The position numbers and the translations under genes were made by a program. This document shows positions 13,601-23,900 of a stretch of DNA of 64,000 nt, piece after piece. The notes under the pieces are model-generated. The model made no database searches. It had not been told where the DNA came from and worked only from the letters and a program-made list of their open reading frames with translations. The first letter of the stretch is position 1; each line of letters opens with the position of its first letter. Source of the DNA: Strigamia acuminata (Eukaryota); contig OX442314.1 in assembly GCA_949358305.1 (NCBI GenBank), forward strand, positions 32,674,001 through 32,738,000, in the 5' to 3' direction.

Positions 13601-16238
13601 AAAACTACAGATTTTCATATTCTTTTGCATAGGGATTTGTTCTACCATTACATGGTATTTTTAAGTATAATTTATAAAATATATTTATTGTACCGCAAGT
13701 GCCTATTTTAAAAAGGAATTATAATTATAATTATGAGCTTGTAACTCATAATTATAAGGAACAATTGGCAACCGCAAACTCACTATTATCATTGTGAGTG
13801 TTCGGACGGACGCCACGTGGTCTGGGGAGGACCGCGAGGCGCTGGACGCAACACACACGATGATAAAATCCACGAAATACACAAGACACAAGTTTAGGTT
13901 TTGGTTATTGCTTTATTGTTGTCTAGGGGTATGATATGGTGTCTCAAGGTGTATTTCCCAAATGTAATAGCGGTTTTGCCGCTATTTCTGATTGACCACG
14001 TGTCACGGCAATCGGTAGATCGCCATGACACGCGAGATCGGTTATTGCAGTTTGTGCCGCGTCGTCGCAACGTTCTTTAGAAACGTGCGGCGAACACGGC
14101 GTGTTGGACGCTCAGGTCCCGACCGGCGACAGCATTGCTGCGTCGGTCCTTCAGGTCTCTCTCGTGATCAGCATTGGGAAGAAGGTCGGAAAGCGACCGT
14201 TCGCCATGCTGGTCAAGATTCAACTGTTTGGGCTACTGCGGGGCCCACCACTTCCGGAAGGGGCACTTCCGGTTCCCAATTGGCCGGAGCCAATGACCAA
14301 CAGCTCCACCTGGTGCGGGGGACCGCGCCAGGTTGCGCAGGAGAAACACGAGGTGCGCGAGAGCTTGAAAGTGCCGTGTGTCGCAGTGAAGTGACACAGG
14401 CTGAGTGAACAGCTGGTCACATCATAACATTACTTACAAGTTAGGCATATGCTAAGTTATGTTATGATAATAACTGAGCTCATGCCTGCCCATTCACTAG
14501 AAGGCAGTAGCTAGTTTGGGAACTCTAGAAAAACTGACCTTAATGGGAAGCTTCTGTTACTAAGTTAACTCTTCTTCCCCCTGTTAACTTCAATAGCTCA
14601 AACCGATTACATCACAGTGGCAAACGCCATCTGTTGAGATTTTATTACACTCTACCAGCTGATATGGAGTGCAGAAGTCTGCCAATTCACGATATCGCTT
14701 AAACACGAGACAAAATCATTTTCTCTAGAAATTCTGTATGAAATTGATTTTAATCCAAAGAAATTGCACACTTGAAAATATGTTAACACACAACATTTAT
14801 TAGAATTTATTTTTTATTCAACTTGCCTATTCTTTTATCAGCAATATGACTTCGTCAGAACGATAATTGGAATGACTGCAGAACGTGTGCTGAATTTCGA
14901 CTTTGTCAATACTCCGATCGACAGAGAGACATTTGCATTCGTCATGCGACAAGACAGTGTCATCAGAGAATACTTATGGTTGACATTTTTTAAACCGTTT
15001 TCTATGGTTGTTTGGTTGTGTATTTTAGCTACTTATTTCTTGATCGCGCTATCCCTTGCTTCGATCACCCACAACCACAAAAGCAAACCCTCAACTTCAG
15101 GTAAAGACACCAATGAGATTACTAATCAATTTACAAGTCATGTTTGCCATCAATTACAAATAATTTTTATTGTACGTTAAAGCTTATACTGTTACTGGAA
15201 CGGAAAACTTGTTTCGTTTGCTAATCATTTCAAGCTACAGTCTGGTACTATATGCATCACTCACTGTTACAACATCACGCCTGCAATACAACAGCATTCA
15301 AGACGTATTGTTAGACGACAGAGTCAATCTTTACGCTTATGGAGTGACGTTACCTTACAAGCTCATTAAGGTAATGGATAGAAATGTCAAAACACCTCTT
15401 GACTTGAATTGTTACACTATTAAAATATCAAAAAGTGCCTGTTAAACATACTTACTGTATGCGGTTAAGAATGCAATATTTTTATGCCTTTTTTTTGTTG
15501 GAATTCTGCACCCAAGTAGAGTTTAGTACAGACCAACAAATGAAAGTGTATGGATTTGAAATTTGTAGGTGGTACAGTACTTGTAATAGGATAGTATGTT
15601 CTTATTTTTCTATGGCAGAAGGCAGAAACAAATCTTACACGGCAAATTTGGCATCGGATGGAAAAAAGTCCCGGAGAAGGAAACATTTCCTTCACTGATG
15701 CTCCAAAAATACTTTCGATGAACCAAAATGCCATCATCGACGTGTACAATATCCTCAAACAGGTGTTCGGACAAAACTGTATGTTTAGTTTTATAAAAAT
15801 TCCCGTTGGGGATTTTTCAGGTTATTTCATTTTTAATAAAAAATCCAAATATGTTGAGTTATTTAATCAGAAGTGAGTACTGTCGTAGTAAATTTGTGAA
15901 GGTTTTAAAATTCAACTTCAATTATACGTTTTAGCATTTTGAACCTAAACGAAAAAGGAATCGGAAAAAGACTCGACGATAAATACAAAACATCAACATT
16001 TTGCGAAACAGGAAATTATGACTGCAAACCCATCTCTATTTACCACACAATCACAGCATTTCTGATTTTAATTGGAGGAGTTTCCTGCTCTGGAATTATA
16101 TTTCTCGTGGAATTTCTTTATCGGAACAAGTTTGAAACTGACAGTGTGCGCACAAATTCAAATCCACCTGTTATCGTAGCAACTGAGAGCGTAGAAGCTG
16201 AACCTGACTCATGTCATGTCTTTGTTTCAACAAGTTAA
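1660..16238 (+). CDS. Divergent ionotropic receptor (IR/iGluR-like), copy 1; 11 exons, about 602 aa
   Basis: Exons 1660-1720, 1801-1929, 1994-2136, 3623-3793, 4578-4733, 12031-12113, 12175-12235, 14842-15100, 15183-15370, 15619-15872 and 15935-16238 all have GT-AG introns with matching phases (1809 nt, open). Motifs: signal-peptide-like MNVLRVCFVCFFSGFIG, S1 MTAERVLNFDF, M1 FFKPFSMVVWLCIL, M3 LLIISSYSLVLYASLTV, S2 YNSIQDVL and LNEKGI, M4 PISIYHTITAFLILIGG..IFLVE. The same exon boundaries recur in copy 2. Confidence 0.8.
2531..3125. mobile_element. MITE with about 30-bp TIRs and a 7-bp TSD
   Basis: CTAGGACGATT..CAGGACTT.ACATC / GATGT.AAGTCCTG..AATCGTCCTAG, flanked by GTTCGAC on both sides. 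Confidence 0.75.
2803..2955. mobile_element. pogo/Tigger-like MITE
   Basis: TIRs CCGTACTGCCTC.ATTTAACGCCGGG / CCCGGCGTTAAAT.GAGGCAGTACGG, TA TSD. Confidence 0.8.
3861..4331. mobile_element. piggyBac-like MITE
   Basis: TIRs CTTTCCCATAGCCA / TGGCTATGGGAAGG flanked by TTAA. Empty site in copy 2 (~22320 CTTAATTAACACCG). Confidence 0.8.
4803..4993. mobile_element. Short solo-LTR-like insertion (191 bp)
   Basis: TGTGATGTATT...AATACACAACA ends, 5-bp TSD ATGAG/ATGGG. Absent at the paralogous site near 22780. Confidence 0.6.
5733..10431 (+). pseudogene. gag-pol of the Mag-like Gypsy (disrupted)
   Basis: Two CCHC knuckles (CSSCGRNGHSRETC, CYGCGKTSHIRPVC), protease LDTGAS, RT FIDD, RNase H VDASPVG..TDHKPL, integrase HAGH..CDIC/HLDFAGP/TDNGPQF. 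Frameshift near 7150, stops at 9013 and 9646, Tc insertion 8110-8778. Confidence 0.9.
8110..8778 (+). mobile_element. 5'-truncated Tc1/Tc3-like DNA transposon fragment with an IR/DR-type right end
   Basis: Translates to FILDGPDGVLHYWYD (Tc3-like FNLDGPDG..YW.D) and C-terminal LVNSMANRFIIVI. Right end ...CCACCACTG + TA. Direct repeat TGGTCTCAAACTTTTTTCCA at 8581 and 8753. Confidence 0.8.
11069..11600 (-). mobile_element. Solo LTR (532 bp)
   Basis: TGTGAC...GTCACA with TSD GTAT. Empty site GTTGTATGATTGA at ~24011 in copy 2. Confidence 0.85.
12620..13198. mobile_element. Tc1/mariner-type MITE with about 190-bp TIRs
   Basis: CAGGGTGTATCAGAATTC...GAATTCTGATACACCCTG, TA TSD. Empty site at ~48710. 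Confidence 0.88.
13261..13784. mobile_element. MITE with about 60-bp TIRs (3-bp ATT TSD, PIF/Harbinger-like)
   Basis: AGTGAGTTTGCGGTTGCC...GGCAACCGCAAACTCACT. Empty site at ~48765. The TSD could alternatively be TATTA. Confidence 0.75.
13793..14421. mobile_element. Solo LTR (629 bp)
   Basis: TGTGA...TCACA, TSD TCAT (13789-13792/14422-14425). Absent in copy 2. Confidence 0.8.
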
Positions 16239-17393
16239 ACTCTTAATAAAGCAACATTAATGGCCTATACTTACTCAAATGTAAAATAATAAATATTTTG
16301 ACTGTATTAGGGAGTTTCTACCCACATTTAGCAACTACTTTTGCACATATTAACAGAAACATCACACGGATGCTTCACAACATTTCTACTTGAGTGACAT
16401 TTTTACATTTTTAGATCTAGAATCAGACCTGTTAGAAATTAAAATTTTGTTTGGTTACCGGCCAATAAAATATATTGTATTCCCCTAATCTGTGTTCTCG
16501 GAGCTCATTTCTACTGAATCGGTTAGGCCGATTTAGTTCATGAAAAGTTTATGAAAATTGTCAATTCCAGTTGGTGAAACCGACATGAACCAAGATGACG
16601 CTAAAACCAGCATGAAACTATGAGACTATCAAAAGGTCTAGTAAGTGAGAAGAGTAACCGAAAAAAGAAAATTAGTTTTTGTACTTTTTTTTTATTCTAC
16701 AGTTTTCGTATGGCGAGAATTGAACTTGAAAAAATATTTGACTGTGGAGCGTGTTTGTCGAAGTTTAGTTATTTCTTCGCCAGATGGCGATACTCGGTTG
16801 ACCTACATGACAACATGGATGCAGCGAGATCGAGATCGACGAGTTCAACTTTAGCGGAAAGAGTAAAGATTTTTCATAGAAACTTGATCATACATTTCGT
16901 TATGTGATGAAATATTCCGTCTTTTAGATTGACTGAGCTGCGTAGAATACATTTCAAGTCTCACGTGGCATTCAACCGAAGGAAGGGTTCAAAACTTGGT
17001 CGATTGAAATGACGTGTTAAAATGCAACTTGTGCTGATTGCTCGGGTAAGCAACAAAATTGATACGAAATCAAACATTATTCACAAATTACAGACTTTGG
17101 TCGTTTTTAATGACCAATGAAAATCAGAGCTGGATTTAAGTATTGCTAGGCCGAATGCTGCGACAAATATGGGGCCTTTATCTGTCGTGAATAAGTATAG
17201 TCTATCGAATTACACGGAAACTTGAGATAATTTAGAGAACTGCACACCGTTTTTTCCGTGGGTTTCCAACATGATTCCTTTGCTGCTTGGTTTAAGTAAG
17301 AAATTTTCTGCCTGCATCTCCCGTTTGTAACCTCAAAGGCATATACAGTATTTCCATCTGTTCGATGTGTTAATCAACCACCTTGAAGCCACT

Positions 17394-17956
17394 AGGCGCA
17401 TTCGAAAAGTCATTAAAACGAGTGTAAATGTGTTTACACTCGTTTTCAGACGACATTTACACGAATTAATTCGTGTAAATGTCGTGTAAACTGGTTAAAC
17501 GGAAACGGCCTGCACGCCACGTTTACGTTTAAAATCTCCGTTCAACGAGTTTTCTCGTTCAAATCGGGTCTTGTTGGCAGCCATCTTGGATTTACTTAGA
17601 TCGGTTGGAACAATTTAGGTACGTTTGTGCGATCGAATGCGGCCGGTATTTGGCCGCATTTGTGCGATTGAATGCGGCCGATGTTCGGCTGCCTTTGTGC
17701 GATCGAATGCGGCCGGTATTCGGCCGCATTTGTATGATCGTATTCGGCCGCATTCGTATGATCGTATTCGGCCGCATTTGTGCGATTGAATGCGGCCGAT
17801 GATCGGCCGCATTTGGGCTAGTTTATTTACACTTTAATTTACACTGAAATTTACACAGAAATTTATTTTTCAACTCGAAAATTGGGTCGTTTAATTTGAC
17901 ATTTACACTACCAGTTGCACTGGTCGTTTAGTGCAAATGACTTTTCGAATGCGCCT
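17394..17956. mobile_element. PIF/Harbinger-like MITE with internal palindromic tandem repeats (~17625-17815)
   Basis: TIRs AGGCGCATTCGAAAAGTCATT / AATGACTTTTCGAATGCGCCT, TSD ACT. Related to 48175-48334. Confidence 0.8.
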
Positions 17957-18606
17957 ACTGCTTTGCACACCGCTGTGTATTTCTGCTGATTTTTTAACAA
18001 CATTGGACGAAGCTAATAGTCAGATAAATGCTGTATACCGCATTGAGATATACAGTATATATACAGAAACGTTCTGTCTTGCATTCCGTTTCAGGTGACT
18101 TTATAATACAATTTAAGTTGAACACAATAAAGTCACCTCGTACTTGTTTATTATTTTTTTTAAAAAAATATTTGCATACAGTACAAATGCATGGATATCA
18201 AATTCGTTTTCGCTAATGGGTCTGTTGAATTCCAGTGTAGCAGGGTTGTAGTGGAGGGTACACGCGATGTCGTTTAGTGTTTGTTGCAGTGGTATTAAAA
18301 AATGTGCTTTTCCTTTTTATTTGGTTTGGTTGGAAAAATGAGTAGAAGCGACAGTAGTCTTTACTTTTATTTATTACAGGAAAACTATTTACGAAAAGAA
18401 TCTTGTTTGATTTGTCATAGTGTGCCTGCAAGTAAAACTTTGTACAGTAAATCAATACAAATAATTTTTGAATGATGAATATTTCAAGTTATGAATGTGG
18501 AGCCGCGTCTATCTTCTGCTGTACAACTATACTGGAATTGGATCCTTTCACGTATCAACGTCACTATTCTACGTCATTTCTGCTACAAAGAAAGTCGTTG
18601 CAGCTG

Positions 18607-20662
18607 TATGGGGGGCCGAAGGTCTCAATATTAGTACCTATGCTATGACATGCCATCTGGGCATGACATGCCAACTCTTCATGCCATTTTGGCATGACAT
18701 GCCAACTCTTCATGCCAACTCTTCATGCCAACTCTTTATGCCAACTCTTTATGCCAACTCTTTATGCTAACTTTTTATGCCAACTCTTTATGCTAACTCT
18801 TTATGCCAACTCTTTATGCCAACTCTTTATGCCAACTCTTTATGCCAACTCTTCATGCCAACTTTTAATAGACCCTGACATTTCCCTAAAAGCCTCTATT
18901 TATCTTAATTTGCATTTTTTGTTCAATTTTCACTGTCTACACTTAAAAGTCAAATCCATTTATCCTCATACTCTTGTGAAAGTGATAGAAATAAAATATT
19001 TGGATTGACCCCAAATTAAATCCAGTTTTAATTAAACCTTGAAATTTTGAGCAGTTAAATACTTCTCAGACACTCGTTTCTTCGACCCCACTTCTCGAAT
19101 TGATTGTTTATTCGATTTTTTTTTGTTTGAGAAATGACCCATTCGAGAAGTGATTGTCTGAGAAATAACCCCTTAAGTTTAAAATTTTTCCGAATTTTCA
19201 AACAAATAAATTTTGAAGAAATGAAGGAAATCCGTTCAATTAACGTTTCTAGTCTAGTTTTTTCAGCTCATTCGTTTGGTGTTTAGTTTTTGACGATCCG
19301 AGCTTTTGTTCTCGAGATACTTGCGATTTTAATCAATTATTGTCCGAATTCGCCAAGTTTGATTGCACTAGTCACTCCTGAATTTTGTGGTACTTTTTGA
19401 ATCTCTTCAATAGTACTTTTATGGATTTCTTCAGATGCACCAGTATGAGTTTTGTTTGATTTTGTGAGATTTTGTAAGATTGTGCTTGATTTTGTGAGTT
19501 TTTGCTACATTTTTTGAGATTTTGCTACATTTTTTGAGATTTTGCTACATTTTTTGAGATTTTGCTACATTTTTTGAGATTTTGCTACATTTTTTGAGAT
19601 TTTGCTACATTTTTTGAGATTTTGCTACATTTTTTGAGATTTTGCTACATTTTTTGAGATTTTGCTGAAGTAAAGTTGTATGGTACTAAAAAGTGTTACA
19701 GGTACAGTACCAGTCCCACAAATTGCGGTATTTTGAAAAGTACCGGTACCGGTACTGCTGAAGAAATCCACAAAATCACCACAAAATCTAAAATTCAAGC
19801 TGACTAGTGCCATCAAACTTAGAAAATTCGGACAAAAATTGATGAAAAATGCAAATATCTCGAGAACAAAAGCTCGGATCGTTCAAAACTAAACACCAAA
19901 CGAAAGACTGGAAAAAACTTCATTAGAAACGTATTTTTATTATCGAGGTGTCTATTTCCACCAACGTTGGGGGAAATAGCCTCGGCCTTTTATTATTTCA
20001 GGCCAGATTGGCATAAGCTTTTGTTTATGGTATACTTTCTTCAGATGTATCTATTTAACTGCTTAAAATTTCAAGGTTTAACTCTCCCCACCCCAACCTG
20101 GGGTCAATTTTGACCTCCAAAAGTGTTTTTATTTTTTTTCTCAAAAACTATTGGGATTTTCATTCTGAAATTTCATGTATTTTCATTTAACATCATAAAA
20201 ACAATAAAAAAAATAATAGATTTAAAAATCGCAAGAAAATTTTTTTCACAAAATTCCTTTGTTTACTCACTACTTTTGAATGCAATGTCGATTATTTTTG
20301 TTGCTCTCTTTTGACAAATACCGAATTGCAATTGAACAAAAAATGCAAATTAAGATAAATAGAGGTTTTTAGAAATATGTCAGGGTCTATGGCATGAAGA
20401 GTTGGCATAAAGAGTTGGCATAAAGAGTTGGCATAAAAAGTTGGCATAAAAAGTTAGCATAAAGAGTTAGCATAAAGAGTTGGCATAAAGAGTTGGCATA
20501 AAAAGTTGGCATGAAGAGTTGGCATGAAGAGTTGGCATGTCATGCCGAGATGGCATGAAGAGTTGGCATGTCATGCCAAGATGGCATGAAGAGTTGGCAT
20601 GTCATGCCCAGATGGCATGTCATAGCATAGGTACTAATATTGAGACCTTCGGCCCCCCCATA
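18607..20662. mobile_element. Foldback/MULE-like composite non-autonomous element with long repeat-laden TIRs
   Basis: Inverted ends of about 300 bp (TATGGGGGGCCGAAGG...CCTTCGGCCCCCCCATA) built from 13-bp ATGCCAACTCTTT repeats, flanked by CAGCTG. Empty site at 1381-1390. Inner IR pair ~19260-19920 surrounds a 20-bp tandem array. Confidence 0.8.
19500..19666. repeat. 20-bp tandem repeat TTTGCTACATTTTTTGAGAT, about 8 copies
   Basis: Directly visible perfect array. Confidence 0.95.
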
Positions 20663-20968
20663 CAGCTGTGTTGTTTTCCTTTTCCAGCGCATAGAAAAAG
20701 GTCAAAAGAAGAACATTTTGTTATTGGACCCGCCCTCAGGCTCGCCTCCAGGCCTCTGGTCAAGGCCTTGGACAGTCACGACATGTTTGTGGATGTAGAT
20801 TGAAGACACAGCATGCCAATTATTTCATAAGTTATTAATTTAAATCGAGTTAACTGGGCAACAGTTGCCAAAGCAAATCTCCAGCAAAATAATAATTAAC
20901 ATAGTGTGGTCGTGTATTTTGAATCGTGCATGTTGTGTTTAACGGCCAAGACGTGGACAACTTGGAGA

Positions 20969-23900
20969 ATGAATGTTCTAAGAGTTTGCTTCGTTTGCTT
21001 CTTTTCTGGATTTATCGGCATTTCAAACAGTAATCTTTTATGAATTATATAAATTGAAAATTCTTTAGGAATTTAAAAAAATTATGGCAACTAATCGGGG
21101 TATGTGCACATTTACGTTTAATTTTAGCACGGGAAAACCCTTCTTTAGCTAACTCACACTTTGCTGACTATAATGAACTCGATTTTCAATTATCTAAAAT
21201 TGTACAAATCACAAACACGAGAAGAATACACATTATTTATTATCAGGATGATTATGGTTAGTAAAAATCCCAAATTTTATTTAGGTTTATGTATTTATTT
21301 ATCTTCCGTTCCTATTTTAGTTTCAAACTGTTTGACAAAATTAATCCGTTTTAATTGGATTGGTAAAATTCAAATGTCAGCACAACGATTCAGTAATGCG
21401 TCATTAGATTTCGATTATACTCCTTTCCAGCTGATTATTATTTGGATAGAAAGTTTTGAGCAGGTAAAGATCTAATCATCATTCTAGTTCAGGGGTCGGC
21501 AACTTTTTGAGACAGAAGAAGTCAAAAGTTAAAATTTACATAATTTCCCAGTTTTTAAAGAGCCACTAACATACAGTATACGGAGTATATATTTCTTTAA
21601 CGACGCATGTTTTAGCGACGCCGTGTTTCAGCTGCTTAGATTCAGCTAGGTTAGGTTAGTTTAGGTTAGTTTAGGTCAGGTTAGGTTAGTTTGGTTAGGT
21701 TATTTCAGGTTAGGTTAGGTTTAATTAGGTTAAAATTAGGCTAAAACGGGCGTCACAAAAGTGAAGTACATTCATATAACTGGAGAGCCGCATCTTGAAA
21801 CCGAAAGAGCCAGGAGGTTGCCGACCCCTGTTCTAGTTATATTTGTTGACCGACTGCCATGAATGTGTGACTGGTATAGTCTTCTCCATGGCAGCCTGGG
21901 GACTGGTTACCGTGGGGTGGGGAGCATACTCACCTCAATAAGACAAGGAACTCCAGATTGTTGGGTTGTTTAGGGGTTGGAGACTCCCATCTACCCACAT
22001 GTTGGCGGTGTTGCGAGAGCACTTTTTTCTAGTTCTAATTCTAACGGTACACACTTGTTTTACATTTTAAAATAAATCATTATTACAGCTTGCCCAGTAT
22101 ACTTTTTCATCAATTGAAAACAAAGTGTTGATATTTGTCATCAAGGAAACACGTGGAACTCCAAATCCAAAGCATGATCTAGATTTGCCCTTATTACAGG
22201 ATCTCATCATATGGAGACAGAATAAAGTTTACTTATTCACATATGCTCAACACAGTAATGTATGAGTCAATAGTATAAGTATTATTAACAGTATGTTTGC
22301 AGAATGTTCATTTTGTTCTTAATTAACACCGTTTATTTCAACACATCTAAAAGTACATGGTGTATCCAAATCTGCTCGTTCAAAACGATACAGCGTCATT
22401 AATTGATGACACCAAAATGAAAACCACTGTTATAGATTAAAGATTGGTGCAATTTTTGTCTACAAAGATTAACATTTAATATATTTGATTTTTAAAATAT
22501 ATAAACTGTATATTTAAAAATAAGGAAGGTTATATCTACTGTACATATTTTTTTTATCGTATATTACAGAATTTTAGCTTGCAGTTATTGAAACATCAAT
22601 CAGAGGGGACCATTTTCCAAACAACCAACTTGGGGATAAATTGTGCGGAGCAACAAAAATGTCAATTTGAAAAGATTTCTCAAACACCAGTGATTCTGAA
22701 AAAACAAAATTTTACTGTAGCGGAGGTAAAGCATGCAACTACAATTGAAATAGCAATTTTAAATAATATTGCATGACAGATTTATGGGGACAACTAAGAG
22801 GGAGGATGTAAAGCTGAATGGTGCAAGTGTGTCACGAAAGGTCCCGTGTAAATCTACCCAGCACAGAAAGCAGTTGTGGATGGGTCTTCCACAAAGGAAG
22901 AGCAATCTTCACTATGGGTGGACTTTACCAGAGAAAACAAAGACAATCCAACCCCCTTGTGTGATATCCATTTTGGTCAATGCCTATGGTCTAACGGTGT
23001 GGCGGCATGATCTTATCCATGGCAACTTGGGGACGAGTTACCATGGGGTAGGACGCATGCTCATGTAAATGAAGATAGGGACTCCAGATTGTTGGGTGAT
23101 TGGCGTTTATTAATCTGTTTGTCTAGTGGTCTAGTGGTCCATTGCAGTGCCGCGAAGACACGCCACACCAGCAACCGGCCCGTCACGCACAGGGAGGGAG
23201 CCCCATGTATGACGTGGTCAGTTGACCTTAATTATTCTGCCGTTTTTACCCATGCGGCCCATGCAATCGCTCATGGAGGCTGGTGGAGAGCAGGTCGCAT
23301 CAATGAACACAACAATTGGAAAGGCCTGGGAACACTGACCCTTAGACAACTTATAATAACAGCCATTAACCCTCCCCACCCCAACCTAGGGTCAATTTTG
23401 ACCCCGGAAAGTGTTTTTTATTTTTTTTTCTATTAAAAAAAAGGTTTTTTATTCTGATTTTTTTTGTATTTTGCTTTTTTATCATTTGAAACAATAAAAA
23501 AAATACGAGGACTGATAATTTAAAAAAAAAATTTTTGCTAATAAGTTTGATTTTGGGCTAAAAACAAAATTTTAAGGTAAAAAATGTTATTATTTGGTCC
23601 AAACTAATTTTTTTTGTACTAGAACCATCGTTTTTTTTGCTAAAACAATCAATTTTTCGTTTCGTCGCAAGGACGAACTGGCGCATGGCCGCCGGTACAC
23701 GGACGTGTGTTGCGGTATTTCATAGTGTGGTATTGTTGCCACTTACCTTTATTATAAATATAATATTTTGTTATTGTTGGATCTAATGTTAATCACTAGA
23801 TCCAAAAATACCAAAATAACTCCAATTTGATTTAAAATAGACAGAAAACGAAGCGAATGCATTTGGACACATACACGCTTCCATGTGCTGCGGCGGCCAT

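Noticed and set aside
15101..15182. Apparent frameshift making the IR genes pseudogenes
   Set aside because: Resolved by a phase-1 GT-AG intron present at the same position in both copies.
17625..17815. Palindromic repeats resembling a CRISPR array
   Set aside because: No unique spacers, no cas genes, eukaryotic context, and enclosed by MITE TIRs.
17592..20803. ORFs with IECGR, CQLFMPTLYANS and WHEELACH repeats
   Set aside because: Translations of MITE and foldback internal tandem repeats.
21647..21740. TTAGG-like repeats as an interstitial telomere
   Set aside because: Short, degenerate and inside a hAT MITE.
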